Source: Octopus sinensis (taxonomy: Eukaryota). Taken from it: 64,000 bases of DNA. Where the stretch lies: positions 83,018,001 through 83,082,000 of the forward strand of contig NC_043002.1 of the NCBI RefSeq assembly GCF_006345805.1, in the 5' to 3' direction. A model generated the notes under the pieces. That model did not search any database. It worked only from the letters and a program-made list of their open reading frames with translations, and had not been told where the DNA came from. How positions within the stretch are numbered: position 1 is the stretch's first letter; each line of letters opens with the position of its first letter. The translations under genes were made by a program, and so were the position numbers. Below are positions 35,845 through 47,139 of this stretch, piece after piece.

Positions 35845-37280
35845 ATCTATCGGAAGACCACAAATTGTATGTAGTGGTCGAGGGCAGACGACCACGCTGC
35901 TATATATGCGGCAGTGAAACACACCTTAAAAAGGAAACCAAATCTGCCGCGAAACCACAGCAACAACAACAACAACAGCCACAGGAAAAACAAAAAAAGC
36001 CAGCATTGTCACCCACACCACAGTATGCACGACTGGTCAAACAGCTATACACGGAAATGCAAGAAAAGCAACAACGAACGTGTGAGGCACGCTTTCCCGT
36101 GTGAGGCACGCTTTCCCGTGTGAGGCACGCTTTCCCGCAGCTCGTCTCCATGACCGAACTGCATTCGTGGATCAAAAAGAGGCCGAGGAAGGGCGAATGG
36201 CACCGCGAGTGTCGCGTTGCTCTCAAGCAACTCTGCCGTCCTGGGTCGACCTTGAGTGACTTCAACACAACCAAAGCATTCTATAAGGGTTTAGTGGAGG
36301 GGAGGTACGACGACGAGCTCGGGGCGAACCTGGACGTCGACGAGGAGTACCTGACCCGCCTGTTCAGGACGACTTTCGGGCCAGGGCCCATGGACAACTT
36401 CCAGAGATCCCTGGCCTGGCAGTGCTAACCGAGAAGCGCTACCCGTTCGGGATAAGCTCTACAGACACGGCTCGAGAAACACGGGGCGACCTGCCCGAGA
36501 TGCGGTCAGAGCGACGAAACCGTTCTGCACGCACTCGTGCAGTGTCCAACAATTTCCGACCTGTGGGCTTATGTCGAACAACTGCTGTCACGTGTGGGAC
36601 GAGTCGGTTTATCAGCTGAGTCTATCGTCAATATTGTCACGCCTCCTTCCTTCAAACGGGAAGGAAGAGCTATTTTCATCATCCTTGTGGCTATGGCGAA
36701 AGAATGTATCTGGTGGACGCGTCTGAAAGGATTGGAGACAAACACTTCCTCTCTGGTCAATCTCTCATCAACTTCTTCAAGTACCACTTGAAAAGGAAAG
36801 CGAGAGTAGAGAGGCAAGTTTTGTCTAGCGAATGTTTTAAAAAAGATGGGTGAATGTAGCAAGGATGGCACGTATGAATGACGAAGCCACCTTGAGCATG
36901 ATCCTATGAACCCAGAAATTGAAACGAGAGTTGCTTATTCGCAAAAAAAAAAAAAAAAAAATATAACATGTGACTCCATTGACCGAGGTTACCGTGGTCT
37001 TTTCCGTAGGCTTTTCTTTCCAGGGTAAACCTCACCTGTCCTCCCCTTTACACTTCATATTGACATTTCTGTGATAATGATCCCTATTGATCAATTTTTT
37101 CTTTTTTTTTTCCTCTCCCCCTTTTTAACCCCCCTTTTTTTTGTCTCTTTCTCTCCTTTTACGATCCCTTTTGATCGAAACTCCCCCTTCCTTTTTTTTT
37201 TTTTTAAACCTTCAAAAGAAAAGCTCTACCTTGTAATTTGTTCTATCTGTGTGCAGCCCTGTGTGGCTAATAAAGAAACA

Positions 37281-37282
<2 letters not shown>
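35845..37282 (+). mobile_element. Tx1 ORF1/ORF2 chimera with large internal deletion (copy gamma)
   Basis: ORF1 zinc-knuckle segment joins the ORF2 C-terminal region through a 19-bp triplication at 36082-36137; ends AATAAA gaaacata|(tcta)n. Confidence 0.9.
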
Positions 37283-37311
<29 letters not shown>

Positions 37312-37318
37312 ATATCTA

Positions 37319-37353
<35 letters not shown>

Positions 37354-37424
37354 GTCTGTCTGTCTGTCTGTCTGTCTGCCTGTCTGTCTGTCTGTCTGTC
37401 TATCTCTCTCTCTCTCTATCTATC

Positions 37425-38174
37425 TAGACTCCATAAATAAAATACCCACCCATATACATCTATCGGAAGACCACAAATTGTATGTAGTGGTCGAGGGCAG
37501 ACGACCACGCTGCTATATATGCGGCAGTGAAGCACACCTTAAAAAAGATTGCAAATCTGCCGCGAAAACACAGCAACAACAACAACAACAGCCACAGGAA
37601 AATCCAAAAAAGCCAGCATTGTTACCCACACCACAGTATGCACGACTGGTCAAACAGCTATACACGGAAATGCAAGAAAAGCAACAACGAACGGACCAAC
37701 CCACCCAAACAACACCACCACCTGCGGCAAGAACAGAAACAACACCACCACTAACCTGAAAGCCCCTTACACAACCAAACCAGCACCAACACCACAAAAA
37801 CACACACAATGCTATCAGCGATAGACACAAAAAACATAAAACTAATGGATTACATCACAGCCCACACAAACATTTGTGAAGATGATTTCAAAACTAACAA
37901 CCATCCACGCACTACACCACCGAAACACATCAAGATACTACACATCACACAAACACAGCCCCACACACTCAAAGCCCTCTTTCCAAATGCGGTTGGGGGC
38001 CTCCAAAAATACCTATCCCAAAAACTTTATAAAAACCTCCTCCTAGACACCTCAAAGGACGAGGAAGCTAAAACTTTCTAAACGAATAAGTAACTCTCTG
38101 TCCCTTTCTTTTTGTGTTTTTAACGCACACGAGAAACTTGATTACTTTTATGATGAATATAAATGCATGAAATA
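37425..38174 (+). mobile_element. Tx1 ORF1-only segment (copy delta)
   Basis: Same start (tagactccataaataaaatacc) and same end (atgatgaatataaatgcatgaaata|tcta) as copy alpha, but with a shorter internal linker and several substitutions. Confidence 0.88.
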
Positions 38175-38202
38175 TCTATCTATCTATCTATCTATCTATC
38201 TG

Positions 38203-38237
<35 letters not shown>

Positions 38238-38242
38238 GTCTA

Positions 38243-38304
<62 letters not shown>

Positions 38305-38465
38305 GACTCCATAAATAAAATACCCACCCATATACATCTATCGGAAGACCACAAATTGTATGTAGTGGTCGAGGGCAGACGACCACGCTGCTATATATGC
38401 GGCAGTGAAGCATACCTTAAAAACCTCCTCCCAGACACATCAAAGGACGAGGAAGCTGAAACTTT

Positions 38466-41400
38466 TACACGATTTGCCAATCATAGCCATAAGTAAGACT
38501 AGACTCCATGAGCCACGGGCCCTAAAGTCCATGTTTAGCGGACAGCTTAACATTTATTTTTCTCCCTGTCTGCCGAGAATGGGCGGTAGTGGCACGGCGG
38601 TACTTTTTCACAAGAGTCTGGATCTCGAAGTCAAGACGACATTCGTAAACCCAGAGGGTAGACTGGTTGTCCTGGATGCCGACGGTAGCCATGGGTGCGC
38701 TTTTCGACTCCTAGCAGTCTATGCACCGCCTTTAACAGGTTTGCCGGATTTCTTTCGACGTCTAGAAGTATTCCTGGGAACGTCTCGTCCTTTACTTTTA
38801 GTGGGGGATTGAAATGCTACCTTGGACACGCATCTAGACTATGTGGGGAGAGACAAAAACAGACGGGGATGCAAATGCCTCAGAGACCTGCTCAGACGAT
38901 TCCAACTGTCTGACAGGTACCGACTCGACCACCGAAATACACCAACGTGGACATTGAACAACCGCAGTGGGTCGTCGAGATCGTATCTAGATAGGATACT
39001 GTGTGGGACAGTAGATAGGGATAGTTTAGAATGTCAACAATTCCACAGTCAGCTACACGGATCACAAATTCGTGACGTGTACGCTAGGCTTAGATAAGGC
39101 ACATAGGCAGGGTCCCGGTTACTGGAAACTAAACGCATCTTTCCCGTCCAGACAGGTTTTCAGAGACCGAATCAGCACGTTAGCAAAAAGGGCTTTGACG
39201 AGAGCCATCGTCAACAACAAATGGTGGTTCGCCCTCAAGAGAGCAGTAAAAGCGGAAGCAATTAGATATAGCAAGGCACTAGCCGTAGATAGAAACAGAG
39301 TAGAGGGTGAGTTAGTTAAGAAGTTAGAAGAGGCAATAAGAAGCGGCATCGCATCCGACGTTTTGGCGGCGAGGTTGGCCATCGACCAACACTTCAACGC
39401 CAAACACGAAGGGTGTGCTGTCAGGGCTAGGATGCGTGCTCTAAGGATGGAAGGTATTGGAGCCGCGAGAGAGGCCCAGGAGGTGGAGGCGCAGCAGGGC
39501 AACAAAGCCACCCTTCGGTCTCTGGTAGATGAACAAGGGCGTGAATTGCTCGAACCCAGCAAGATGTGCGAGGCATTTCAGCGGCATTTTTGCCGACTGG
39601 GACGCTTGGCGAGCGTGAACGCAGGGTGGGTGTGCTTCAGTGCCTACCTGCACAGCCTTCCACTGCCACCGACTCTCTGCAAGAGAGGCAGAGTGCTGCG
39701 AAGGTGCCATCATCACAGCGGCGGAAGTGGGGATGAGATTGCAAGATGCTCGAGGGACAAATCGCCGGGTCTGGATGGTCTACCCTACGAGTTTTACAAT
39801 TGTATGCCAGACTTGCTTGGAGACGTCTTGGCAGCGGTATACTGCAACTGGCAGCAAAACGGGAGCATACCCGGTTTTGTGAGTCGAGGAGCCGTAACGC
39901 TGCTGAAGAAAGATCCAAACAAGGAGGACATTATAGATAACTTTAGGCCCATCATTCTGCTCAATGCAGACTTAAAAATTTTGGTCAAGGTGTTAGCCAA
40001 GAGGTTGGCGCTTGTCATCGAGATCTGGTCGACAAGGCGTAAACGTGCGCCGTGCCGGGCCGGAGCATCCATGAAAACCTCCATCTGATGCGCTACATCC
40101 ATAGACAGGGTAGTTAAGGAACCTGGCATTGGTGGGGCCCTGATCAATTTGGATCAATCGAAAGCTTTCGATAGGGTAGACCATCGAAACTTGGAGGCTG
40201 TCCTCAGAGCGGCTGGTTTCGGTCCCGACTTCCGCGGCTGGATAGCTGCTTTTTACAGAGGTATCCGTTCGGTAATTCGCGTAAATGGACATCTATCGAA
40301 ACCTTTCGACATTGCACGTTCGGTCCGTCAGGGATGCCCCCTCTCGTCGCTTCTATACATATTGACTCTCGAGCCACTACTGCAGCAGCTGGCGACTCTG
40401 TGGGGCATTCCACGAGAACTGGGATGCGGGACGAGCGTGTCTGCATATGCGGACGACGTCACCGTCATAGTGTCAAGCCACAAGCACACCGAGCTGGTCG
40501 GCGAGACACTGAAAGACTACGAAGCGGTGACAGGAGCGAAAAATCAACCGGGAAAAGTCAGTGGGCTTGCGGCTCGGCATCTGGAGAAGCAAGCCCATGC
40601 TGTCCACCAGCGCCTCCGTCGTGGGACGCCAAAACGTCGGGGTCTGGTTTGGTCCGGACCTCCAAATGGAGAAGTGGAACAAGATAACGAGTAGTGTAGT
40701 CACTCTCGCCCGGCAATGGGCCGAGAGGAAACTGTCCCTACAAGGTCGAACGGAGGTGGCGAACACGTACATCGCGTCCGTCATCTACTACCGCCTGACC
40801 GTCGTATCTTGTCCCGACCCTACCATCACCAAACTAGAACGCATTCTCTTCCGCTTCTTGTGGGAAAGATGCGTCCCGATGGTCAGGCGATCCATTTGCT
40901 GTCAACTCCCGTTAAAAGTAGGGCTGGGCATACCGTGGTTGATGATACGCAGACACGCGCTGAGATTGCGACATCTCCGGCTCTACGTAGACGACGGTGA
41001 ACAGGTGTGGTCGCCGTTTGTGCGGCACACTTTCCCGCAGCTCGTCTCCATGACCGAACTGCAGTGGTGGATCAAAAAAAGGCCGAGGAAGGGCGAATGG
41101 CACCGCGAGTGTCGCGTTGCTCTCAAACAACTATGCCGTCCCGGGTCGACCGTGAGTGACTTCAACACAACCAAAGCATTCTATAGGGGATTAGTGGAGT
41201 GGGGTACGGTCGACGATCTCGGGGCGAACCTGGGCGTCGACGAGGAAATCCTGACCCACCTGTTTAAGACGACTTTCGGGCCGGAACCTATGGACAACTT
41301 CTAGAGATCCCTGGCCTGGCAGTTGTACCGAGAAGCGCTACCCGTTCGGGATAAGCTCTACAGACACGGCTCGAGGAACACGGGGCCGACCTGCCCGAGA

Positions 41401-41657
41401 TGCGGTCAGAGCGACGAAACCGTTCAGCACGCGCTGAAGGAAGAGCTATAGCGAAAGAATGTATCTGGTGGATGCGTCTGAAAGGATTAAAGACAAACAC
41501 TTTCCTCTCTGGTCAATCACTCATCAACTTCTTCAAGTATCACTTGAAAAGGAAAGTGGGAGTAGAGAGGCAAGTCTTGTCTAGCGAATGTTTCAAAAAC
41601 AGATGGTTGAATGTATCAAGGATGGCACGTATGAATGACGAACTCGGAAAAATTTAA
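38466..41657 (+). pseudogene. Tx1 ORF2 (APE endonuclease, RT, C-terminal region), frameshifted (copy epsilon)
   Basis: EN: GTAVLFHKSL...PEGRLVVLD...LLAVYAP...LLLVGD, SRSYLDRI; linker GPGYWKLNAS; RT: KSPGLDGLPYEFY, NFRPIILLNADLKILVKVLAKRL, DQSKAFDRVDH, SVRQGCPLSSLLY, SAYADDVT. Confidence 0.93.
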
Positions 41658-41708
41658 AACAGAGAGCTACTTACTTGCAAATAAATGTGTTAACATGTGA
41701 CATTATTG

Positions 41709-41808
41709 NNNNNNNNNNNNNNNNNNNNNNNNNNNNNNNNNNNNNNNNNNNNNNNNNNNNNNNNNNNNNNNNNNNNNNNNNNNNNNNNNNNNNNNNNNNN
41801 NNNNNNNN
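41709..41808. other. Scaffold gap, 100 N
   Basis: Exactly 100 N, a typical placeholder of unknown size. Confidence 1.
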
Positions 41809-42069
41809 AAAACTGTTTTAACATTTCTCTATTATTATCAAAGAATGTATACATGTATTGTAATATTTTGTGACAACCAGTATTTAAAACAAAAAAGTTT
41901 TTACAAAGCTTTTACATTTTACTTTTGACAATCTTTTTCAAAAAGGTGAAACCGGTTAAGTGAATAAACACCTTTTAAAATTGCATTTTCAAACATATAT
42001 ATTTCCACTCCTGCGGTATCTTACAACTTCACTTTGTTATATATATTATATATATATATATATATATAC

Positions 42070-42635
42070 CGTTCAGTCGAAGTCGACTCTCGGTTACTCA
42101 GTGTTCTCCAGTCAGTTCTATCCTGGGTCGCTTCTTTCAGATTGGCTATGGCCATTCCCGTGTCACTCTTGATGGTGTCAAGCCAGCGGGTTCTTGGTCG
42201 GCCTCTTCCTCTCTTGCCACTGACCATTCCGAGCATGATGTCCTTCTCTAGGGATTTTCTCCGCCTAACATGAACAAAATATGCCAATCTATGCTTGGTG
42301 ATCCTAGCTTTTAGCGACAGTTTCGGCTTGATCAGGTTAAGAACTCCATTGGTGAGCCTCGCTGTCCATGGAATCCGTAAAAGTCTTCTCTAACACCAAA
42401 GCTCGACTGCATTAATTCTGTTCTGGTCAGCTTTCTTTAGTGTCCAGGTCTCGCATCCATATGTTGCTATTGGGAAGACGATTGCATTCACCAATCTGCA
42501 TTTGGTAACGAGGCTGGTGTCTCTACTCTTCCAGACCTTGCTCATGCTGACCATTGCCTCTCTGCCTAGTACTATCCGCTGCCTTATTTCATTGGACTGG
42601 CAATAGTTTCTTCAACTCTGGTGATCATACAATGT
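42070..42635 (-). mobile_element. RTE-clade (BovB-like) LINE 3' fragment between (TA)n tracts
   Basis: VWKSRDTSLVTKCRLVNAIVFPIATYGCETWTLKKAD...RRLLRIPWTAR and SLEKDIMLGMVSGKRGRGRPRTRWLD. Confidence 0.9.
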
Positions 42636-42656
42636 ATATATATGTATATGTATATG

Positions 42657-42703
<47 letters not shown>

Positions 42704-43323
42704 TTATATATTATATATATACATATATATATATATAGATATATATATATATATATATATATATAGTATATATATATATATAATATGTGTGTGTGGGTGT
42801 GTGTGTGTGTGGTGGGTGTGTGTGTGTATACAACGATAAAAAGAAATGCTCAATACTGCATTGCTGGATAGAAATTCTTTATTTGTGTACTAAGGCTACT
42901 GTTGGTTTCATGTCAAGAAAAATATCTTAATATAAGAATTTCAAGCTGATCACATGGAGGAATGGTGTTCATTTCCATATATATATATATATATATATAT
43001 TATATTATATTATATTAAATTAGAGATAAAACCACTATTAGGCAAATCAAACAGTGAAAAACATAAGCCAATACATAAATTAACTTAAAAATATAAAAGT
43101 TTAAAATTTAAAAAAATATTTAAATAATTTAAACTTATAAATTTTAAATATATATATACAAATATTATATATTATATATATATATATATATATAATATAT
43201 ATATATATATGTATGTATATTTTATATTTATATATTATTTTATTAATTAATTATTTATTTTGTTTTTTTTAATAAATATCAAAAGTATTAAAAGTATTAA
43301 AAGTTTAATAAAAGATAAAGAGT

Positions 43324-43369
<46 letters not shown>

Positions 43370-43480
43370 CTATATATATATAATATATAAAATAAATATT
43401 AGGGAATAAAATCCAAATTTACAGGGAAAAAATCAGATTTAGGATTAAATCCAATTTAATATTATATATTAAATATTATA

Positions 43481-43671
43481 TAATATTAATTCGAGACAAA
43501 ACCACTATTTTGCAAAACAAACAAGGAAGACTTAATCAATACATAAAATTTCAATATAAGTGAAATAAATAAATAAAATTTATTTAATTTAATTATATTA
43601 AAATTTTATGTATTGATTAAGTCTTCCTTGTTTGGCTTGCAAAATAGTGGTTTTGTCTCGAATTAATATTA
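43481..43671. repeat. 71-bp inverted repeat (2 mismatches, 49-bp spacer)
   Basis: Arms 43481-43551 and 43601-43671; a related diverged direct copy lies at about 43010-43085. Confidence 0.9.
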
Positions 43672-43704
43672 TATTATATATATATATATAATATATATAT
43701 TGCA

Positions 43705-43739
<35 letters not shown>

Positions 43740-43779
43740 CTTTTATATATTTTTTTATACACATTTTTATATATTATCT

Positions 43780-43985
43780 TTTACTTGTTTCGCTCATTTG
43801 ACTGCGGCCATGCTGGGGCACTGCCTTGAAGGGCTTTTGGTTGAAGAAATAGACCCTTGGTCATATTTTTTGAAGCCTAGTACTTGTATCTGTCTCCCTT
43901 GCCGAAACGCAAGGTTTCGGGGCGCGTAAACACACCAACACCGGTTGTCAAGCTGTGGTGGGAAACAAACACAGCCACATGTATT
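43780..43985 (-). mobile_element. SINE family A 3' half
   Basis: ttttacttgtttcgctcatttgactgcggccatgctggggcactgcc...taaacacaccaacaccggttgtcaag. Confidence 0.8.
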
Positions 43986-44099
43986 TTTTTTTCTCTAGTT
44001 TCAGCTCAGAGCTGCGGCCATGTTGATGCACCGCCGTTTTGTGCTACACTATTATTACGAAGAACCTCGTCTAATATGTGGCATTGCTTGGATCATTGA

Positions 44100-46915
44100 C
44101 ACTATGCAGTGTCGTCCCGTTCTAGCATTGGTGTAGCTTACAATGCCAAAATTTGGCACAATTCCTTCCAGGATCTCCAGACCTTATTACTGCATACCTC
44201 TCACCTACTCTCCCGTCTTCTCTCAGGGAGTAGAGTCTTAGCTGTTTCAACCTTTCCCAGTACTAAGCTGTTGCAAAGAGACGATCTTCTTGTGAATCTT
44301 CTCTTGATTGCTTTAAGGTCCGCTGTTAATTTTACACTGGTGGGTGACCATAGCTGTGAGCAGTAATCCAGGTGGCGGAGGACGAATGTCCACAGAGGAC
44401 CATCATGGTTTCCTTATCTCTGGTTTTGAATGTTTCTTAGGATCCACCCAGCCAGTCGGTCTCTGCACTTTGTCCCGCCATCCGGTAATGTGCACTTGGA
44501 AAGGGTATCATCACTCATGTCGATACCCAGGTCCCTCACAGACTTAGGCTCTGGGATTGAAATTCCCTGTGGACCGGTGTATCCTGTAAGTTTAATATTC
44601 AGTTTTGGATGCTGGTAGCGCAGGGTCTGGAATTTTTCAGCATTAAACTGCATATTATTATCCTCAGCCCATCTGTAGATTGAGTCCAACTCCTGCTGCA
44701 GGTGTGCAACATCGCTGAGGTTCTCTATTTTCTGCGAGACTTTCGTATCATCTGCATAGCTGGCCAGAGTGGCTATCCGGGCATTTGAGGGCATATCTGA
44801 GAGGGCCACTATAAAAAGCAGTGGTCCCAAGACATTGCCCTGTGGAACACCGCTCACTATTTGTGTGTTCATAGAGGTGGCTCCATGAACCACTACTGCT
44901 GACTCCTATCTTTCAGGAAGTCACGTAACCACACTCCAAGTTTTCCAGCTATGCCGAGGTCACGCAGTTTGTGGTATATCATACCATGATCCACCTTGTC
45001 AAAAGCTTTCGCAAAATCAAGGTAGATTGCGTTCACATTTGATTTGTTGAGTAACTGCCTCAACACCCAGTGATAATGTTGTAAGAGCTGGGTCAGGCAG
45101 CTCCTACCTGGTCGAAAACCATGCTGGGTATCACTCAGCAAGTTATTTTCCTTAAGGAATGCGATTAGTTTCTTTCTGACTATCCGTTCCATGACTTTGC
45201 TGATGTGTGAAGTCAGAGAGATTGGCCTATAGTTTTTGGCATCTGCTCTACTTCCCCCTTTATGTATTGGGCATATTATTCCCTCCTTCAGCTTGCTTGG
45301 CAGTTTGCCATTCGCAAGAAAGCTCTGGAAGAGAATCTTGAGGGGTTTTGCCAGGGGATGCTTACACGCTTTGAGAAGGATGGCTGGGAAACCATCTGGA
45401 CCAGCAGCTGAGTTTGTGTCCACTTCATCTATGGCTAGTAGGACGTCTTTTTCGCTAATGTCAAAACATTCTATTGTAACCCGCCTCGCTGGTTATAGTG
45501 GGCGGCAAAGAAGTCCACTGGTTCGTTTACTTGTCTGTGTTCCAACGGGTGTAAAGACACTTTCGAACTGGTCATTCAGCATCTCACTGATCTTAGTTGG
45601 ACTGTCTGTGAGGGAGCCATCCTTTTGGAGGAGGGGTCCTATCTTGTAGTGCACTGAGACTGTTTCTTTCGCATAATGAAAGAAGGCCTTTGGGTTTGAC
45701 TTAATGTTTTTTATAACCCATGCTTCTTTGTCTGCTTTCTCCTTCACATAGGATTGTTGCAGCCTTTTTCGATCTCCATCAGTGTTGTTTTTAGGCGGGA
45801 CGTTTCGCTGCTTTGGGGATGTTCGTTGAGACGATTTGCAACCTTCGTCCGTCGTCTCATGAGGATCTTCTTGTCTCTTGGAATCTTGCTCCTATTTGTT
45901 TTGGCCTTGTACTCTGGGACATATTTCTGGCATACGGCTTGCACAGAAGACATGAAACATTCTAGTTCCATGTCAATGTCTGGTGTGGAGAGACCTTCCG
46001 ACCAGTCCTCTCTGAGGATCTCTTTTTGGAGCGATTTCCAATCTGCTTTGTGGAAGTTCAGATTGGAGAGATTTCGGGTGCTTCCTTTAGGCTGTATGTC
46101 TCTGTTACTTTTGACCCAAACATAGACAGCTCTATTATGTTTTTTTGATCCGAAACTGATGTCGGTGTCACTTTCACATCATGAATGATGTCCATATTGT
46201 TCGTGAAGCAGAGATCCAGAATATTATTCACCCTAGTTGGTTTGAGTACAACTTGCTCCATGAATAAGGCATTGGTGAGGTTGAGCAGGGACTCCACCTG
46301 TACTTGCTTGCAATGATTCATTCCTGAGAGTATGTGACCTTCGGGCCATTTGACGTTGGGGAAGTTGAAATCACCCATAAGAAATATGGTCACGTGGTGT
46401 TCCAGATTCATGAGGATTTCTTTAATTCTTGTGAGGCAATCTTCAAACTTGCCTATGTGATTTGGGACATCCGGTGGGCAATATGTATTGCATATGACTA
46501 TATTATGTTGTCTTATGTATACAATTAAAGTGTCACATACCGAATTTGAGTATGTCATTAAGACCTGGGGTGTGAGGTCATCTCGGATGTATACAGCAAC
46601 TCCACCATGGCTCCTTTCCCTTCTGTCTGTTCGCAGTATGGCATAGTTTGGTATGTGTACTTCTGCGTCCTCTATATCAGGGTTGAGGTGAGTTTCCACA
46701 AGTGCTATGCATAGGGCTTGATTGCATGCAGTAAGATCTCTCAGGAAAGAAATTTTGTTTCTATTTTGATGCAACAGGCCTCCAATATTTAGTAAAAGTA
46801 TTGGGGTGACGGCTGTGCAGGCGTTAGGGGAGGCCATTCCGTGTCTGTTGACTGTGGTAGTCTTGCATAGTGGTGGGCAGGGTTCCTTCTCTGTGCTTGG
46901 TGTAGCCAGGTTAGC
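44100..46915 (-). mobile_element. CR1-group LINE, near-complete ORF2 (APE endonuclease + RT), frameshifted
   Basis: EN: LLNIGGL, IALVETHL, RTDR...GGVAVYIRD, MGDFNFP, NILDLCF (46837-46058); RT: KNYRPISLTSHISKVMERIV, QHGFRPGRSCLTQLL, YLDFAKAFDKVDH, SGVPQGNVLGPLLF, YADDTK; C-terminal YWERLKQLRLYSL. Confidence 0.93.
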
Positions 46916-46923
46916 TATATATG

Positions 46924-47003
<80 letters not shown>

Positions 47004-47041
47004 CTATATAATATATATTATATATATATTATATAATATAT

Positions 47042-47132
47042 ATCTTTATATATATAAAACTGAGAATGTGTGTCTGTCTGTCTGTCTGTGTGTTTCCCTA
47101 AAACTTGAGAACTACACAACCAACTTCATTCA
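47042..47132 (+). mobile_element. Helitron-like 5' end
   Basis: a|TCtttatatatataaaactgagaatgtgtgtctgtctgtctg... is a Helitron-type start with an internal microsatellite; truncated at the RTE element. Confidence 0.55.
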
Positions 47133-47139
47133 ATATATA

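Noticed and set aside
41709-41808. Continuity of the Tx1 array with sequence to the right
   Set aside because: The scaffold gap has unknown true size, so adjacency and the 3' end of copy epsilon cannot be assessed.
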